From Rhina ancylostomus (Eukaryota): a stretch of 64,000 bases of DNA. Below the pieces are notes generated by a model. It worked only from the letters and a program-made list of their open reading frames with translations, was not told where the DNA came from and made no database searches. Where the stretch lies: positions 20,032,621 to 20,096,620 of the forward strand of contig JARFYF010000012.1 in NCBI GenBank assembly GCA_030265395.1. The letters run 5' to 3'. A program made the position numbers and the translations under genes. This document shows, piece after piece, positions 37,653 through 50,080 of this stretch. How positions within the stretch are numbered: position 1 is the first letter of the stretch; each line of letters begins with the position of its first letter.

Positions 37653-38899
37653 AGGAGCCTATTTGGCTCATCAGCTTCACATTGTTCTGTGTCGGACAGA
37701 AATCCAGTCAGTGCTCTTCCACCCTCTTCAAGGTATTGTTGCTATATTTTTTCATTGAAGTACTTACCTAATTCCTGTTGAAGTTGTCCCTTGCACTTCA
37801 TCCCAGTCATTCCAAAACCTAGTTGTATGAATAAGTTTCAAATGAACTTTGCTGAAGTCATTGACTGGAGGTTTATTATTTTTGTGTTGATCTTATTCAT
37901 TGCCGAATACTTTATACCTGTAAATGATTTGTGACTTCAAGTGGTTAGAATTAAATAATATGCACAACCATGTAGTGCTGATACTCAGATATTTTGCTCA
38001 GAGTTCCCAAAAATATATCACTAATTTTTAGTTTCTATGTCAACTCATGTTTAGTGGTCTCCTTTGGTCAAATAAATGCCAATGTTTGTCCAACAGTATG
38101 CATATGTATTGCATGAGCTCCCAATAATTCTAACTTTTGTTTCTCATGAATGTATGAGGCAATAAATGGTTTCTGTGCTAAATGAACACTAAAGGATTAA
38201 ATTAAAATGCAGGAGTTTATAGCAAAGATACTCCAAACAGAAAGATTACCATTATTATATTACATTTCAGGAATTAAATACTTAATGTCAAATTTGAAAG
38301 GTAGTGCAAATTCAAAATGTTAGAAGTTTGATGACTGCTGATCATGATGTCATATCATACAATTAGTACATTGTGATGTGATTACTGTAAATGCAAATTT
38401 TCCAGTTTATCAAACTTCATACATTGATTTTTACAATATTAAAAAATCTTGTCCATATTTTTCTGGAAATTGAGGCACCTTTAACAGACTAAAGGGTATT
38501 TAATCTGATGCTTTTAAACCAATTTTTATTCAGCATGTTGTTCACTAGCTTAAGTATTATTGTAGTTTAGATATATTCTTCTGAAAGAGCAATAGCCATA
38601 GCAATCTCAGATTTGAATAGCAGAATGCCTTTCATACAAGTAATCACTCAGCAATGCAAATACTATTTCAGCTACTCTGAAGTTGCTATCACTGAAGTTC
38701 CTGCTGGTGTAGATGCCTACCTTCATGTGCCAGGTGAAGCAAAATCAAATACATCACCAAAGAACATAATTAAAGATTTTACTGCACATAGTACTGCGAA
38801 TAAACCTTTCCCTCAATATCTTAAATCGTAATACCGAATTTCCAACATTTTGTATCTTCTTCATTAGATACATCGGACATGACGTTGTGGTTCTGGAAT

Positions 38900-39200
38900 T
38901 GCGCAGCCATTGCTAAAAGCATGTTACATATAAGAAGTGAGACAAAAGGACTTTTTCTGCTATTGGTTCTTGAAGCTTGGCATGGTCTCCAATAATACAG
39001 CCATTGGAGCTGTGCAAGAGGGCAGAATTGGAGGACTGCAGGGATCTTGGAGCACGGGATGATAGTGTATACATTAGGAGCAGCAAGACTAAAGAGTGAG
39101 CTGAAAGCAAGAGTGAGAATTTTAAAACTGAGACACTGCCAAACTGGATGCCAATGCACTGACTTGGCACATGAGAGCTCTCTGGACTCAGCAATCAATT
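38900..39200 (-). mobile_element. L2-clade LINE 3' remnant
   Basis: VHWHPVWQCLSFKILTLAFSSLFSLAAP matches the L2 motif LHWLPVxxRIxFKILxLxFKxLxGLAP. Confidence 0.65.
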
Positions 39201-39299
39201 CAACTGTTTTAGATGCTTCACTACTTCAGCCTTGTATTTCATATTTCCAGTACTGAGTTTTTTCTTATCTCTCTTCCAGTAATTTCAGATTTCATCTGT

Positions 39300-39615
39300 C
39301 TCCTCCTACTTATGCTCCAAACATACCTTCTGTTATTCATTAGCCTTCACCACCTATTTCACCTGGGTCCACCACCAATGTCATCATTCAATCTCTCCTT
39401 CCCCAAACCCACCACATCTCCATGCCTCCCATGTCCATCTTCCACAATTTATCTTTTTTTTATCCCTAACTTTTCCTGGTTCTGATTTTACAACCAGAAA
39501 CATTAACTGTATTCCCCTCTCCACAGGTGCTGTGAGACCTGCTAATTCAATTCATCTGAGAGGACTTTCTGTTTTTTTTTAAAGACTTCCAGCATCCACA
39601 GTATTTTAGTTTTGG
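39300..39615 (+). repeat. Penelope-like pLTR remnant
   Basis: C/T-rich tract, then GAAACATTAACTGTATTCCCCTCTCCACAGGTGCTG..ACCTGCT..TTCCAGCATCCACAGTATTT. Confidence 0.55.
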
Positions 39616-42359
39616 TTCAATATAGATTAGCCAGCATGGGAGTTTTTTGAACTTGTATTGGCTGGGAAATGGAAGACACTGGCAAACTCCAGTGGCAAAG
39701 TCCAAATGTGTCAAATGCATGGACGAGATTTTATCTGGAGATGGATTGAGCTATAGTTTGGTTCTAATGGAGGATAATGGAGTCCAATTGCCATTTTATA
39801 GTTTCATTTTCTGGCCTGTGTTTTAAGTAATATTTTGATATTATTTGTGTAAAAATCACAACAGTGCATTTTCAAAGTGGAGATGCAGATCTGGTTGGAG
39901 TTCAGCAGATCCTTCTAATGCAGGTTGAGGAGAAAAGAGATGGAAACACCATCTAAGGGCATGGGATGTGGGAGAGTGGGTGTTACAATTAGAGTCAGAT
40001 AAAGACTGTTGTCATTAAATTTAAATGACTGAATTAGGAAAATAAGCAGTTAATGCAAAAGTATGAAAGTGCTATTATAGCACAGAACAGTCAATAGAAA
40101 CCGATTAGCAGCTAAACTATATGCTGTTGATGGTCTTTGGTGGGTTTGAGTTGAATATACATTGCACACTTTTATCAGATGCAAACAGGGCACATATTAA
40201 CTCTTTAATAATGGTGCCTCAAGCTATGAAGGTGCTCATGCATCAACAGCCCCTGGCCCCCCAACAACTGGTGTAATAGAGCTAAATTTTGCAACACCTC
40301 TTTAGGGGTGTAACATGTTAAGATTTCTCCAAGCTTTGCTGCATTTAAGCAAAAGCCCAGTGGTTTAGACTTAATAATATACCTGGATCTAGGATCCCTT
40401 TGTAATCCTGGATATTGGCATTCCCTTCCCAAAAGCTTCTATTTCTTGAGACTAACTTGCCTGTTCTCCAGTCTATGCATTTCTCCCTCTTGCTCCCAGG
40501 TAAAAGGACTGAACTGGTGCTTCCACAGCACAGGAGAATGCACAGTTGTCTCTTTGCTAGTGTACCTTGGGGCCTTCCCTTATTTATCTGGATGCCATGA
40601 TCTGCTCAGACTTGGGAGACATTTGTTTTCCTTTGTGTTTCTTCCCTGGCACTTCCTGCAGGTACCATTGCCTGATATCGGAGTTCACCACCATATCTTG
40701 GTATGCATAGGTTACTGTCTCACTGGGCTTCAATACATATCCACAAAAAAAAACAAGTCACAACCAGAGGGAGGAAACATTAAATTAAAAGCAAGGAAAC
40801 AACTGAACTATTACTAATTAGGATTTACTTTGAAATTATCAAAGCAATGAATCAAGCATACAAATGGTCTGAAAAATCTACCAAATAAGAGGAATCATTG
40901 TGATGTCTGTAATTTCTTTTGAAAATACTTTTGACACTATCTTGATTTTCCTTTGAATAAACAGGGACTATAACACAATGAGCTGAGCTGAGTTCAGTAA
41001 AAGCTGGCACCAGATTTGACAGTGAAGACAGACATAGCCTCAGTGGTTAACTTACAATTGAATTCTTGGCATCACTGACAAGATATCAGTTCAGGAAAAA
41101 AACAAGTTTACTAGACATATTTAATATTTAGTTAATTTATCTTACTGAATATTTTTGTGTTTTAGTAGTTATTCCCTAAATTAAGATAAACATATCCTTT
41201 TGTGCCAGTGTTGCAGATCTGATTGTTTCACCTTACTCATGTTTGCCTGTGGAAGATCTGGAAGATGAGTTTCTTGTTTTTAATCACCATATTTCATCCT
41301 TCTTCTGATACCTGTCTCTTCTGTTAGAACCAACTGTTTTCTCTGTTCCTAGAAATATAACTCTTGCATACAACAGAAACAGATGAAGCAGCTTCCTTGA
41401 GCCTGTTATGCCACTCGATGACACTATAGTTAATTTGTGACCTGATGCAACGTGCTTGCCCTATGTCCTTTAATAGCTTTGAATGGCAATTCCTTAGCAA
41501 CAGGCTGGGCCAGGCTGTGGGGCAACCGATGGCAGTGGCCTCAGGCTGGCAGGTGGATATTAAGGGAATCAAGAGGTTAAACTATGCAGGAAAGTGGCAC
41601 TGGATTAAAGGATCAGCGATGATTTTACTGAATGGCAAGGCAGGAACCAGGAGTTGAAAAGGCACAGCTATGGATGGTAGGATAGTCAGCAATGCCCACT
41701 GAGGGGTAGGCCTGGGGAAGCCACCCTCCCTTGCAGCTCCCTCCACCTTCTCTCATCCCCTTTCCTTTGACCCCTCTCTCTTCCATTCCCTCTTGATTCC
41801 CTGGCAATCAACTTCACCACCAGCACTGTCCACTTTTTAGCTGCTCGCCACTCAGCCTGCAGCCTGCCCTACGACTACAAAACTCTCCAGGAAAACAGGA
41901 ATCTATAGCTGCCTGTCTGGTGCTGCCTGGCATCAGCAGATGTGTCTCTGGGTGCTCTGTGGATCTGTCGGTGAGTCTCTGCAGACAATTTCCTGACAGC
42001 TGCAGGAAGCATAAATGCAGGTATCTTTCCTTGGGTCCCTTGGCAGGAACTGAATGGAGTACTTCTGATATAGTCCAGCTTGAGGTTTGTACTATTGTAG
42101 CCTGACTTCTGTTCCTTGTATTCTTGTCCTCCAGGCATAAAGAGCAACATTCCAGTAGCGTTTTTGAAATTTTTTGTACTTCTCCATTACATTTTAATAG
42201 TCTTAAGTACAGGGACTTGTATGTTTTTCTTTGAACTTCCACTGTTTCTAGGTTTTACCAGTTAAAAGTTATTGTGTTCTTGTTTTCAGCTCAGAACTGG
42301 ATAATCTCAGACTTTCCTATCTTCAAGTTCATTTGTCACAACTCTGCTCATTCATTTTG

Positions 42360-42580
42360 TCTCTTCATAAACTATATTTCTTCATTCTATTTTTTTCTCT
42401 CTCAACTTGCACTTATGTCATTACATTTATTTTTGTCACGCAAGTTATGTATAATTTATGTTAATTTAAGACTGTTAATATGTTTGTCATGTCAGAAATG
42501 TACTGTGTGCCGCAAAAAGTTAATTTTCATGGCATTTATACCCTGTGTATGTATGCCCATGACAAACTTGAAGTTGAACA
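42360..42580 (+). mobile_element. Rex1-type LINE 3' tail
   Basis: CTGTGTGCCGCAAAAAGTTAATTTTCATGGC..ATGACAAACTTGAAGTTGAA hexamer tail. Confidence 0.5.
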
Positions 42581-44659
42581 AAGGCACCGAACTGAAGTTT
42601 GTAGTGGAAGATAACATTCAATAACTATAATATTGCGTGTTCAGAGCTACTGCGTGAAGACAAACCTCCAGGTGGTAAATCTTATTTTTTTCAGCATAGG
42701 AATTTGCTTGTTAACTATTCCTTTCTTTAACCTGAACTCCCTTTCAGATTTATCTATCTTTCTGAGCAACTTTAGCCTTTTGCTTTATAAAGCTATACAG
42801 CTCAATATTTAGCGTCATCTTTTATACAATGAGTTCAAAGTAGACAGCTTTGCACTAACCAAATAATTGCCTAATCAGCTCATTCATTTTATTATCTAAT
42901 CTTTGAGTGATCAGATAGATATACCAAAACTTATAGAGGGAAAATTTTCAGTTTGGCAAAGCACAAAATTTATAGCAGTAAATAACTATCTATTATATTC
43001 TTCACCTAGTGCTCCTTTCTGATGGCTCCAAACAGTTAGTTCACTATTTTATCCCTCAAAAAAAGCAAAAATAGAAAGAGTTAGAAATTGTTCTGTGTTA
43101 TAAAATGCAGCTGTATGGTCACCGTGCACTGCGCTAATGATCATTTCTATTTGTGAATTTCCACAGCAAACACCAATAATGTCCTTTATCGTGCCCTTCA
43201 TGCCTTTGACTACTGAATAGCTGGCACCTGATATTGAGACCAAGAGTTTTGGGAACAGGAGGTGTGGCTGGAGAGTGGGGCAGTGGGTGCTGACTTTGGA
43301 GGGCTGATTGGAACTGAGATGAAGCATGTGGTCCAGGCAAGAGATAGCGGGTGGGTGTGTTGAGGTGCTCTGGGAGATTGAGGCCTACATTAGGGAGTTA
43401 AAGGGATGGGGAGTTGGTAATTTGAGAGCTGGCAATCTGTCCAGGGGAGGGGGAAGTATCAGGGAGTNNNNNNNNNNNNNNNNNNNNNNNNNNNNNNNNA
43501 ATAGGTAAGATTAGTGCGACTGTGCAACAGCGGTGGGTGGGGGACTGGAGGATAGAGTCCAGCACAGTGTGGTTTTTTTTGGGAGTGACCTGCCAGGAAC
43601 AAAGCTGTGCAATTTCCCTAATGAAGCTTCAAAAGGTACTTTGTATGGGGGGGGGGGATTATCCCATTTAATGTGCATCTGACACAGAAATTACACCGGA
43701 AGCCATAATGTGACTTAAGTTTAAAAACTGCCATTTCAAATTTCTGGAGTGACGTGAAATGACCCTGTTTGTATATTTCACTCTGGGGGGAGAAAAAATC
43801 TATTTCTCATAGCATAGTACTGAAATAAACAGCAGAACATGTTCAGATTTATCTGGTTATTCACGCAGTGCTGTTTGACAGTTTATTTTGCTGCATCTCC
43901 AATAATGAAAGCAGCAACAGCAATTCAAAAGTACTTCATTGGCTTTTGGGAATGCCTTAACTTGTAATAAAAGATATGTAAATGCATGTCTTTCTTTTTA
44001 GATTGTCCCAAGGCTACTCTCCAAGTTGTTCTGTGACCTAAGGAATGTGTTGTTAGCTCCCACTGCTAGCTGTTTGGGGTGGCAGGGGTGATTGGACAGC
44101 TCATGGCTGGGCAAGTAGGCGAATGAGGTGGGAGGGGGGCTAAGGTTGTATTTCATTACAAACAGCCCACTTCAATGGCAATATTATCCATTCAGCATAC
44201 CCCTAGAAATCTTGGGCTTCTGTTCTCTTTCTTTTTTTACTGTAACTGGGAATTGACATTAGGTGACACTTAAAATCAATCTTAGTTCATTTTTAAAACT
44301 TCTAAAGATTAACTTTCATTTAAGTTCCTAAAATTAAACAAATTGCCTTTAAGCATTTTGATAGTTTAAAAAAAAGTCATAATTTTCTTTTTAAAAGGAT
44401 ATAATTCATCTACATTTTAAAAGATATAACTTCAAGTACATAGCATATTCTTCCTGCTTATAAAGATCAATAGTGAAAAAAGGGGCAAATAAACAGAACA
44501 GAAATTGTCTTTCAATGCCTTAACCAACTGTCATGTTAATAGTAGTTTTTAAAAAAAATTAAATACCCGACATGCAACTCTGTTTATAACTCAAGAGCAT
44601 CAACTCATCTGGTCTGCATGACCTCACTAGTACTATAAAAGAAAAGTTGTCTTCTAGTT

Positions 44660-44922
44660 ATTAATTATCAGGGTGGCTAAACACTCTTAAAATGAAGCGC
44701 ACATGGTACACTCTAACTTACACAGCTTAATGCTTAGCATTTTTTCAGCCAACTAGGCTAAAAATGAATTTTCCCTTTTTTCATGCCCACTGACCTATGG
44801 CTAATGAGATTTGCTTTTCGATTGTTTGAAGAACACAAATTAACTAATCAATGAAAAATGGCCGCAGATTATTGTAATAATGTGGCACAGCTGCCACGGC
44901 CGATTTAATACCGAAATCAATT
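44660..44922 (-). promoter_or_regulatory. 3' UTR / putative conserved non-coding element
   Basis: No recognisable repeat; retains several CpGs; dense TAAT/ATTA motifs and a CAGCTG E-box immediately after the stop codon. Confidence 0.4.
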
Positions 44923-45090
44923 TCATATGCTCAGGATGATTCTGTCGATGTCGTTGGCTGGGATCTTGGCATCTGCGTCCTCTCCACAGACCCTGAAAGC
45001 GACGTGGGAGTTGTATGGAATAACCACTGTGCTAGAGACAGCCCTCCATAACCAGCCGTGACCCCCTCGCTTGTACATCTTGACAGTCAC
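44923..45090 (-). CDS. Terminal coding exon of an unidentified protein-coding gene (VTVKMYKRGGHGWLWRAVSSTVVIPYNSHVAFRVCGEDADAKIPANDIDRIILSI*)
   Basis: Strong acceptor TCTTTTGCTCTCTTCTCAAG; 168-nt open phase-0 frame to TGA; C/G-ending codon bias and CpG retention against an AT-rich background; not TE-like. Confidence 0.75.
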   Translation of the reverse strand: MTVKMYKRGGHGWLWRAVSSTVVIPYNSHVAFRVCGEDADAKIPANDIDRIILSI

Positions 45091-45200
45091 CTTGAGAAGA
45101 GAGCAAAAGACTCATAGTTATATAGTTTAGGCAACAGCTTGGGGGCAGCTAGGGATTGACCATGGACATCATTAGACTTTTCTCTAGCCTCCCCTTTCAC

Positions 45201-45236
45201 CTGAAAGGGCAATGGGCCAAAGCAGAGGTCGACAAG
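45201..45236 (-). CDS. Candidate 36-nt exon (LVDLCFGPLPFQ)
   Basis: Acceptor CATCACTTTCACAG and donor CAG|GTGAAA; phase 0-0; joins the terminal exon in frame across a 110-nt intron. Confidence 0.3.
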
Positions 45237-46529
45237 CTGTGAAAGTGATGCTTGTTTTCAATGTGAAACTTAGCAAATATCAATTTCCCTGGGTCAAAGA
45301 GCTCCCAGACCGAGTTTGCCAGAGAAACTTTATCTTTGTGTGGCTGAATATTTTGCAGCTGTAGGTACAATCGGTACTGCACTAGGAAGAAATAAGACAT
45401 TTCTACAACATGGCTCCTTTGGCAGCTGGGTCCTTTGTGCCATGAGTTATGTTATTGACAAACTAGCAGAAAATTAAATGTTCCCCAAAGAACTTCCAGA
45501 TGTGTTTTTTACTAATGACTTCATTACAAGGAACATTAAAAGACAGAGTAAATGGAACACTAAAATTCAAATTACAACAAAACCTCATCTCATAGCTTTG
45601 AGGGTTCTTTTAAGGGACTGCAATTATAATAAATTTTAATCATTTATTTGCGGTATGATGATGAGGAAAATGAATAGTACAGTAGACTGGCTGTTGAAAA
45701 TGTTATCAAAACTATTCAAAATGTCACCAGGAAACAAAACAGAGCCCTTTTTTTTAAGAAAAAGACTTCATATGTCACACTGCACATCAACAGAATGATG
45801 TTTTTTTTGCTATTTTGTAAATTGCAAAATGTGGAGCATTGATGATTTTTAAGTTGCCCTTCATGAAGGAATAATTTTTACTTGGAGAAATAATCATACT
45901 TGTCAATATTTAAAGATCTGGTGTTCTAACAGGCTGATTACAACAATGCACTGTAATACAGGGAATTGCATGTATACTTCTGAATGTACCTTCTTTATGG
46001 TACCACCATAATAGGGAGATTTAGTAGAGACTTTGTGCTCTTTGTGGAGAGGAGCAAAAAGGGTAAGCCACTCTCACACACAAATATGGTAAGGACTCGA
46101 ACAGACCTGGTGGTAAGCCTAGATATTTTATGACAATAGTTGCATTCTTAGGAACCAAATTAATAAAGGGGATATTAAATAAGCATTAATGTCAAGGAAT
46201 ACATAGCTGGTCGATATAATTAATTGCACTGTATAGTAGCAACAGCTTTTAATACCCTGTCTCCAATATTTAATTCAATAATGTCAATCAGGAATGAATT
46301 TCAAGGTGTATGCTTCTTATTATCTAACAACAATTTCGGGCACTCCTGGCTCAGAAGGTTCTTGCACACTACCCACTGAATTTGTAGCTTTTCATGCCAG
46401 TAAAATGTGTGCAGGATCATCTAATTTTTCAGCCATCAGACCAATGAGCCCATTTTAATGCTTGTGTGGAAAAATGAATTTAAAAAATCAGTTTATTTAC
46501 ATATTTTTATGGTGTTAGATTCATGAGAG

Positions 46530-46842
46530 GCCGTCCACAACAGGCAGTGAAAGACTCCACCCACCCGGCACATTCTCTCTTCTCTCTTCTTCCATCAGGT
46601 TGAATATACAGGAGCCTGAGGGCACAAACCACCAGATTTAAGAACAGCTTCTACCNNNNNNNNNNNNNNNNNNNNNNNNNNNNNNNNNNNNNNNNNNNNN
46701 NNNNNNNNNNNNNNNNNNNNNNNNNNNNNNNNNNNNNNNNNNNNNNNNNNNNNNNCTGTGTAATGAATTGACCTGTATGATCAGTATGCAAGACAAGTTT
46801 TTCACTGTACCTCGGTACAAGTGACAATAATATACCAATACC
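46530..46842 (+). mobile_element. Rex1/Babar 3' fragment (gapped)
   Basis: CCACCCACCCGGCACATTCTCTCTTC..ACAGGAGCCTGA..ACCACCAGATTTAAGAACAGCTTCTAC; tail GTGACAATAATATACCAATACCA. Confidence 0.8.
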
Positions 46843-48145
46843 AGCTCAAGGAGTGTTGTGATGCGAGTTTTATCACCCCTCATGCCCCTGTGAAGAAATC
46901 ATATCAGGAAGATTCATGCCAGAAATACCCAGGATCATTTTCCAAGTATTGCAAACAAGTGGAAGTGGTGATTATTGTGTTTCACTCCATGAAAGATTTG
47001 ACTTTCAGTTGCATATTGCTAAAAGTTACAATATTGTATGATTCAGTTTCTAGGCAGATCTAAGATTTCTAACATGTACGTAGCTAAAGAGGAAGGAAGA
47101 AGGTGACTTGATTAGGGGTGGGAGGCAGTATTTTTAAATTCTGATCTCTCTTTCAATATGCTAAATGTATACTGTTTTGGAAGACTTTTCAACTTGCTCC
47201 AACCATACACAGCAGTGAGAAATGGTCAGGGGTATCCTACTTAATCAAATTGGTCTGTCCAGCTAATTTGCCAAATAATATTAATTTTGATCTTCTGTGG
47301 GAAGTTTGGTAACAGTTTACACAGCAGCAAAAAAATCAGCTTGGTTAGTATGGGATGCAGAGAAATAAGAAAACTTAGCCGGCTTAAATCTTGTGAAAGA
47401 ACAAACAATTTGCTGGAGGAACTCAGCGGGTTGAGCAGCACCTTGTGTGTCCATTAAACCTTGTGAACTTTTGTAAACTCGTGAAGCAGAATAAAAGGTT
47501 TCCCATTTCTTGTAGCTTATATACATGTGTACATTATTATAATACAAGATAACCTCTAAGCATGTGAAAAATTTCTTGCAGAAAAAAAATGCTTTGAACG
47601 AGTAGTTAATCAGATTTAGGAATGTAGTTTTAGGAGCACACAACTAATGCAAACAACATATATGCTCAGTACACATTGCAGACAGACAAATACTGTCAAT
47701 ATGCTGATGATCACAGTAAGAATAAAGTCCATCCACTTTTGTAGGCATAAGCAGCTTGAAAGTCATCAATCATAAATCTCATGGCAAGACTGAAGTAAAA
47801 CATTTACATTTTCTGTGACTTGAGGGCATTAACCAAGCTGGCAGTTGTACGGGGAAAGTGGCACTGTTGAAAGTGTCATTCTGTACATTCAGAACCAATT
47901 TGGATATTAAATGCCCTTGATATTATACAAAGACTAGCAGGGAGATAAAAATCAACAGTTCTCCCTAATTTGATGTTAACAGGAAAGAGATAAACTTGTG
48001 AATCATTTTCATGTTATTTGTGGGATATTTCTGGTGTAGAATGGCTGCTATATTTGCCTATTTAACAGTTATATACAGCAGAAGTACTCTGAGAGATCTT
48101 GATGACACAATTCGGCATGAAATAAATGTAAAGATTTCTATAGCT

Positions 48146-48298
48146 TCACACACAAAATGCTGGAGGAACTCAGCAGGTCAAGCGGCATCTATCGAAGGAA
48201 ACAAACAGTCGACGTTTCAGGTTTAGACCCTTCTGAGTTCCTCCAGCATTTTGTGTGCATTGCTCCAGGTTCCAGCATCTGCAGAATCTCTTGTATTT
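48146..48298. repeat. Inverted pair of Penelope pLTR fragments inside a DeuSINE tail
   Basis: CACACAAAATGCTGGAGGAACTCAG ... CTGAGTTCCTCCAGCATTTTGTGTG, with a partial hammerhead motif (GAAACGTCGAC on the minus strand) between them. Confidence 0.8.
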
Positions 48299-49538
48299 CA
48301 ATAGCTCCCTCAAGATCTGCCAGCAATTCCTAATTCTCCATTGACCCGATTAAAAACAATTGTTACCAACCTGCAATTTCAAAATGAAATAGTCTGTGAT
48401 AAGGAGTGTATACCTTAGGAAAACTGATGAGGTTTTATGAAATTGCACTCCTGACAGGCAGGCGAAGAATCTGTCCTTTTTCTGAAGCTTACGATATTCC
48501 AAGCACAGATCTAAGTAATAGAGTTACATTCACTTCTTTAATACTTAAATGTGTGTTTGTTACTTTCACTTCAAAGTTATATTTTGCATTTTTTAAAAAG
48601 AATTTTGTTGTTAAGTAAAACAAGTTTTTATTTCTGTTTTGCCCCGATCCCAGGCCCCCTGTATACTTCAGACTGTAAATCTGTTCCTGACATACAGGGA
48701 GAAAAGATACAACCTAACCTCATTGTCTGACAAGTTATGAATAAGAGACTTCCAAAATCATTAGATTAGCATTGGTATTGCTATAATCAGGTGGAATAGA
48801 TTAAATAGATACAGACTATAATGCCTTAATTTTAATTAAACTTACAACTATCTCTCCAATTAATTGGCCATCATTACTTATTTAAGATATACACACCAGA
48901 CTGATAGATCTCCTGAGATTATCCCTATCCTTCTCCTCCTTGTAACTCTAATAAAATGTATGCTGAATTAACAGTAATTTTTAGATTTTCCCTTTGATGT
49001 GATATCTCAAAGGGTTGTGGTTGGCATAACTAGACTGGAGTCTTCTGCAGAGCTGGGTAAGAATCGAGGTTGATAGCGAGTGAGACATGCGGCAACAAGA
49101 GTTAAATGGAGTGCTGGGGAGAAGTGAACAGATTGATTGCAGGACCATTCAGGAAACTGTTGCAGATTATGGGAACATTTCTGTTCCCTTGTTCAGGTAA
49201 CAGGTATCAGAAATTTCATGTGCTTTAGAAAGCTACAGAAGCAACAGGAAAAGTGCTCAAAATATTTATTTGCTGTTGGTTCAAATAAAATAAAGCCCAT
49301 TAAAAAGAATCCTCTAACCAAATAAAAAGCAATCTTGTTCAAAGTAGAACCCTGCACTGTTGCACTTATTGTTGTACTGTAGGCCAATATATCTGTGGTG
49401 ATTTGCTGATTGCTCAAAATCAACTGACTTTTGAGCCTTAAAAAATTCAGATAAAGAAAATGTCATCCTATTTGATTTGGCCAAAATCAAACCCAAGCTC
49501 TACAGAAATTCCCTTACTGGTGTTAATTAGTTTAGTAC

Positions 49539-50080
49539 CATAGAACAATACNNNNNNNNNNNNNNNNNNNNNNNNNNNNNNNNNNNNNNNNNNNNNNNNN
49601 NNNNNNNNNNNNNNNNNNNNNNNNNNNNNNNNNNNNNNNNNNNNNNNNNNNCAGCTGCAGCATATGACCTTGTCCTCCATCTCACTACCTTTATTCCCCC
49701 TAGCTAAAACCACCTACAAATCTAGAATAGACCACAGGGAAACCTTACCTTCACCTACTTACCAGTTACTTACCCTCCTTGCCCCTTCAAGCCAAAGCCC
49801 GACCATTCTGCTTCCCTCTCACTCCGCTGCCTGCTCCAATGCTGCCCGCTCTCTAGGCTGTTTGCTGTTTTAAACTGTCCACGCCGCGCCTGCGCAGTCC
49901 AGCCCCCACTCGCCCAGGTAAGAAAAACCTTTAAAACACTTAAACTAGTAACCTATTTAAATCTAACCCTTAGAATTGTAACCTTATTAGACACTAACCC
50001 TTATGCTTAAAGCCCTAATAAAAAAGATAGAAAGAAAAACTTAACTGATCTGAAGTCCACCGACCCGAAGCTCTCGATGA
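49539..50080 (-). mobile_element. Both ends of a probably full-length CR1 LINE, body collapsed in a 100-N gap
   Basis: Right of the gap: CpG-rich 5'UTR and ATG at 49680 giving MEDKVICCS(C), a CR1 ORF1 Zn-finger-like start. Left of the gap: CATAGAACAATAC, a CR1 3' tail in matching orientation. Confidence 0.6.

Noticed and set aside
41814-42242. 142-aa minus-strand ORF in a GC-richer patch
   Set aside because: No recognisable family or coherent splice signals; probably decayed TE sequence.
44935-45051. Plus-strand open frame DDSVDVVGWDLGICV...
   Set aside because: Antisense shadow of the minus-strand exon, which has the better splice site and codon pattern.
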